Shown here: one piece after another, positions 61,701 to 64,000 of the stretch | Layout: each line of letters opens with the position of its first letter | Position numbering within the stretch: the first letter of the stretch is position 1 | Origin: Raja brachyura | Lineage: Eukaryota | Length of the DNA stretch: 64,000 nt | Direction: 5' to 3' | Assembly (NCBI GenBank): GCA_963514005.1 | Contig: OY740814.1 | Coordinates: 15,314,001 to 15,378,000 of the forward strand | Notes under the pieces: generated by a model | The model's database searches: none | What the model saw: the letters and a program-made list of their open reading frames with translations, nothing else | What the model was told of the DNA's origin: nothing | Translations under genes and position numbers: made by a program

Positions 61701-61869
61701 TAAATACTTTTGTCAGGTCAGTATCTGGAGAACAGTTTGAGTATCTTTAATAAGATGTTCTTCCTCCACAGTAATTCGGCAGAAACTGAGCGATTCGTCC
61801 CCTCACCAAATCCACAGCCATGCAATGAAGATGTAACCAAAACACTATCAATGACTAGAGTAGATAATG
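52620..61869 (+). CDS. BLM: Bloom syndrome RecQ helicase, N-terminal part; join(52620..52717,53239..53999,55317..55488,[possible small exons],61772..61869); continues beyond the window
   Basis: MTCLPQNNLQKQLELHS...NKLSLGKNKQGAFTFKK resembles human MAAVPQNNLQEQLERHS...NKLSLSKPKFSGFTFKK; DDWDDLEDF and DIDFIPPSPE motifs; exon phases match the recalled human BLM structure. Confidence 0.9.
52788..53144 (-). mobile_element. HE1-like V-SINE
   Basis: Reverse complement of the 1116-1417 family. Confidence 0.8.
53239..53999 (+). CDS. BLM: BLM large N-terminal exon
   Basis: aacag| acceptor, A|gtaaga donor; ORF 53222..54034. Confidence 0.9.
54170..54690 (-). mobile_element. Old LINE RT fragment (CR1/L2 group)
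   Basis: Minus ORF 54293..54571 GVPQDYLLGSTTFNCFLNDL...MFTDDCT. Confidence 0.7.
55317..55488 (+). CDS. BLM: BLM exon with DIDFIPPSPE motif
   Basis: tgtag| acceptor, |gtttgt donor; phase 1 in, phase 2 out. Confidence 0.88.
56160..57060 (+). mobile_element. Old degenerate CR1 fragment
   Basis: AAGTTTGCAGAT, TGGCAGGTGGAATTTAAT and GAAGAGGAGATTAAG remnants. Confidence 0.65.
57108..57627 (-). mobile_element. Young 5'-truncated CR1-like LINE
   Basis: Uninterrupted 146-aa ORF 57192..57632 (LRKDVIAIEGVQRRFTRLIPGM...LWNSLP) and intact 3' tail. Confidence 0.93.
57782..57832 (+). CDS. BLM: Candidate 51-nt symmetric BLM exon
   Basis: Pyrimidine-rich tract plus caaag| acceptor, |gtaagt donor; open in the required phase; no recognisable homology. 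Confidence 0.4.
58773..59806 (+). mobile_element. Full-length non-autonomous DNA transposon (about 1034 bp)
   Basis: Imperfect TIRs TAGGTATGTTGCAAAA / TTTTGTAACATTGCTA; TSD CATGATA (58766-58772, 59807-59813); no transposase ORF. Confidence 0.85.
59930..61460 (+). mobile_element. Degenerate CR1 LINE interrupted by a Rex1/L2-like fragment (about 60020-60640, minus)
   Basis: CTTTGACAAGGTACC, AAGTTCGCAAATGACAC, GGCCACATTTGGAGTA; the insert resembles 44510-45150. Confidence 0.7.
61772..61869 (+). CDS. BLM: Probable BLM exon (NSAETERFVPSP...RVDN)
   Basis: ttcctccacag| acceptor, G|gtaaga donor; phase 2 in, phase 1 out as expected; low sequence similarity. Confidence 0.62.
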
Positions 61870-63177
61870 GTAAGAGATTATCTTGTTGTTAGTCCATTGG
61901 AACTCCTTGTGTAGGCTGCATTAAAGGAGTAAATCATTTTAAATTGTTGTCATACTGTTAATAAATTTAAATTGAGAATTAAAAAAATATATCTACTGCA
62001 TGCTTTCCCCATTGTAAATTACTGTGAATATGTATCATATGAACCCTGTCACTGGAGTTGTAACTGGTTTACTCAGATTTGCCCATTGTAAGTATGAACA
62101 TATGATTTGTAAATTAGGAATAAAAGGCTGTACTAAATTTGCTCACTCTGCTTTCTTTGTTGCAGTGTGCACACGTTCTTCTATTTCTGGAACATCATGA
62201 GAATACATACAATATGAAACTGAGAAAATAGAATATTTATCAGAACCACTCTGTCTGAATGCAATGCTTCATATGAATTTCCTTTCATTTTACCTTGCTT
62301 AACTGCATCATATTATTCTTCACATTTCTCCATAGAGTTTTCTCTGAACCTTTGCTTTTATCCCAATTTCTTTTTGTGGTAGAGTGCCAGGGAAAAGATG
62401 TGTGAATGAGATTTATTGAACGAGGGTTGGAGGATATTTATGAGGAGCATTAACACTGAAGTAAATATTTTTGCTTGAATAGATGTTTCAGTTTTTTATT
62501 AAATGTAGAGCAAACAAGAGGAATAAAACTGCACTAGGAACAACTAAAGAATGCAGCAACGGTGCAAGGTGACCTCTTGTGGGATCCTGCCAACATTACA
62601 ATGCAGCTGGTGTTGGTAAACTTTGCTTAGAATGTTAGAGAGGCTGCAGTGGTCTACTTTGTGTGCATTAGGTATATTTCTAAACATGCAAACTGCGAAG
62701 TTGTGAATATTAAGATGCTGGTTTTGTCCCTTAAACAGATAATTCAATGAGGTATAGCAAGCAACTGATCCAAGTGATGGAAGATATCTGTATCTTAGTT
62801 GACCAGATTCCTGTGAGTGAACTGCAAGCTTTGTCTTGTGCAAGCCAATTGCTTCGGCAGAGAGAGCTTCGGTAAGTACTGGCTCCACAGACTTGAGTTA
62901 TTGGACCACCACAGTGAGGTGTTTAGTTTGAGATTATTCCACTGATTTTCACTATCAAACATTCAAAGCACTCCCAGCCCTCCTTCCATCATCTTTCACA
63001 ATTAAGGCCATCACAACCTTTGCTTATCTGCTTATATATCACATAATTTTACATATTATACACTATATAATATTATTATATATTTGATAAGATACCACAT
63101 AGATTTGTCTTCCGGACTATAAAACATAGAATGCATGGGGTTGTATAACCATGAATTGCAAAGATTCTCCAAATATG

Positions 63178-63882
63178 GATGGCAGCCTCGCCAACCGTCT
63201 GTCTTTTTTGGTATTTTTAGTGTGTTTTAAAAAGTTCGTGTTCATGTTCGCTGGTTTGTTTTATGTGGGTGGTGGTGGTCTGGGGAAACTTTTTTTCAAT
63301 CCCTTACCTTGCCAGAGATGCGGTTGTTTTCCGGATCGTACCTCCGGTTGCTCTGCGGCCTCACATCATGGGGCTGGCGGCCTTGCTCGAGACTGACTTT
63401 GAACCCCACTGCGGGGGCGTGGACTTGCCATCGGAGCCTGCGATCCCTTGCCTGGGATCAACGGTCCAACTGCGGCCTGCGGATTTCAACATCGAGGAGC
63501 TCGCAGTCTCGGGTAGAGACTGATGTCGGGAGGCTCCAAGTCGCGGACGGTTCGACTAGCCCCGACCCAGGGTCCAATCGCCCGTGCTGGGAGCTGAGAT
63601 CCCCCTCCGATGCGGAGGGCCCGACTGCCGGCTACGGTAGCCAAGATCGTCCCATCAACAGAAGGCTCGAGGCCCCCAACAGCAGGGGGACAAAGAAGGG
63701 AAGAGCTTGAACTTTTTTTTGCCTTCCATCACAGTGAGGAATGTGGAGAAGTCACTGTGGTGGATGCTTATGTTAAAATGTATTTTCTGTGTCTTGTTTC
63801 TTTTTATTGGTATGACTATATGGTCAATCAAATTCCTCGTATGTTGCAAAACATACTTGGCTAATAAAGTATGATTATGATA
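63178..63882 (+). mobile_element. CpG-rich interspersed repeat, probably a non-autonomous retroelement
   Basis: Abrupt GC/CpG-rich block inside an AT-rich intron, ending AATAAAGTATGATTATGA (short tandem tail); no coding homology recognised. Confidence 0.5.
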
Positions 63883-64000
63883 ATAGGAAAGGGATTTTCG
63901 TAATGGGCTGGAGGGAAGTGTTCGGTGAAGCTCCCAGAGATCATTATGGATTGCTGGTTTTCTTAATACACACTGGGCGTTCAGGGAACTTTTTTCAAAA

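Overview
Eukaryotic, intron-rich, repeat-dense genomic DNA. The repeat set (HE1-like V-SINEs, CR1/HER1-like LINE tails, Deu-domain SINEs, Penelope-like elements) points to a cartilaginous fish, probably a skate or ray (inference). Three + strand genes were assembled by hand from splice sites and recalled homology: the last 10 coding exons of RASGRF1 (stop at 10463-10465), a complete 12-exon cathepsin H gene (CTSH, 20458-42313, 331 aa), and the 5' part of the Bloom helicase BLM (putative non-coding exon 1 ending at 50231, ATG at 52620, continuing past the window). The most unusual signals are: (1) a family of ~90-210 bp Penelope-derived elements with hammerhead-ribozyme cores, often palindromic, flanked by 11-17 bp target-site duplications, plus a larger RT/GIY-YIG relative in the same window; (2) a 19-bp VNTR matching the G-quadruplex motif in the putative BLM 5'UTR, next to an E2F/CHR-like element, a splice-created uORF whose stop overlaps the BLM start codon, and a DNA-transposon fragment abutting the promoter. 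All homology calls come from memory and visual reading; no searches were run.
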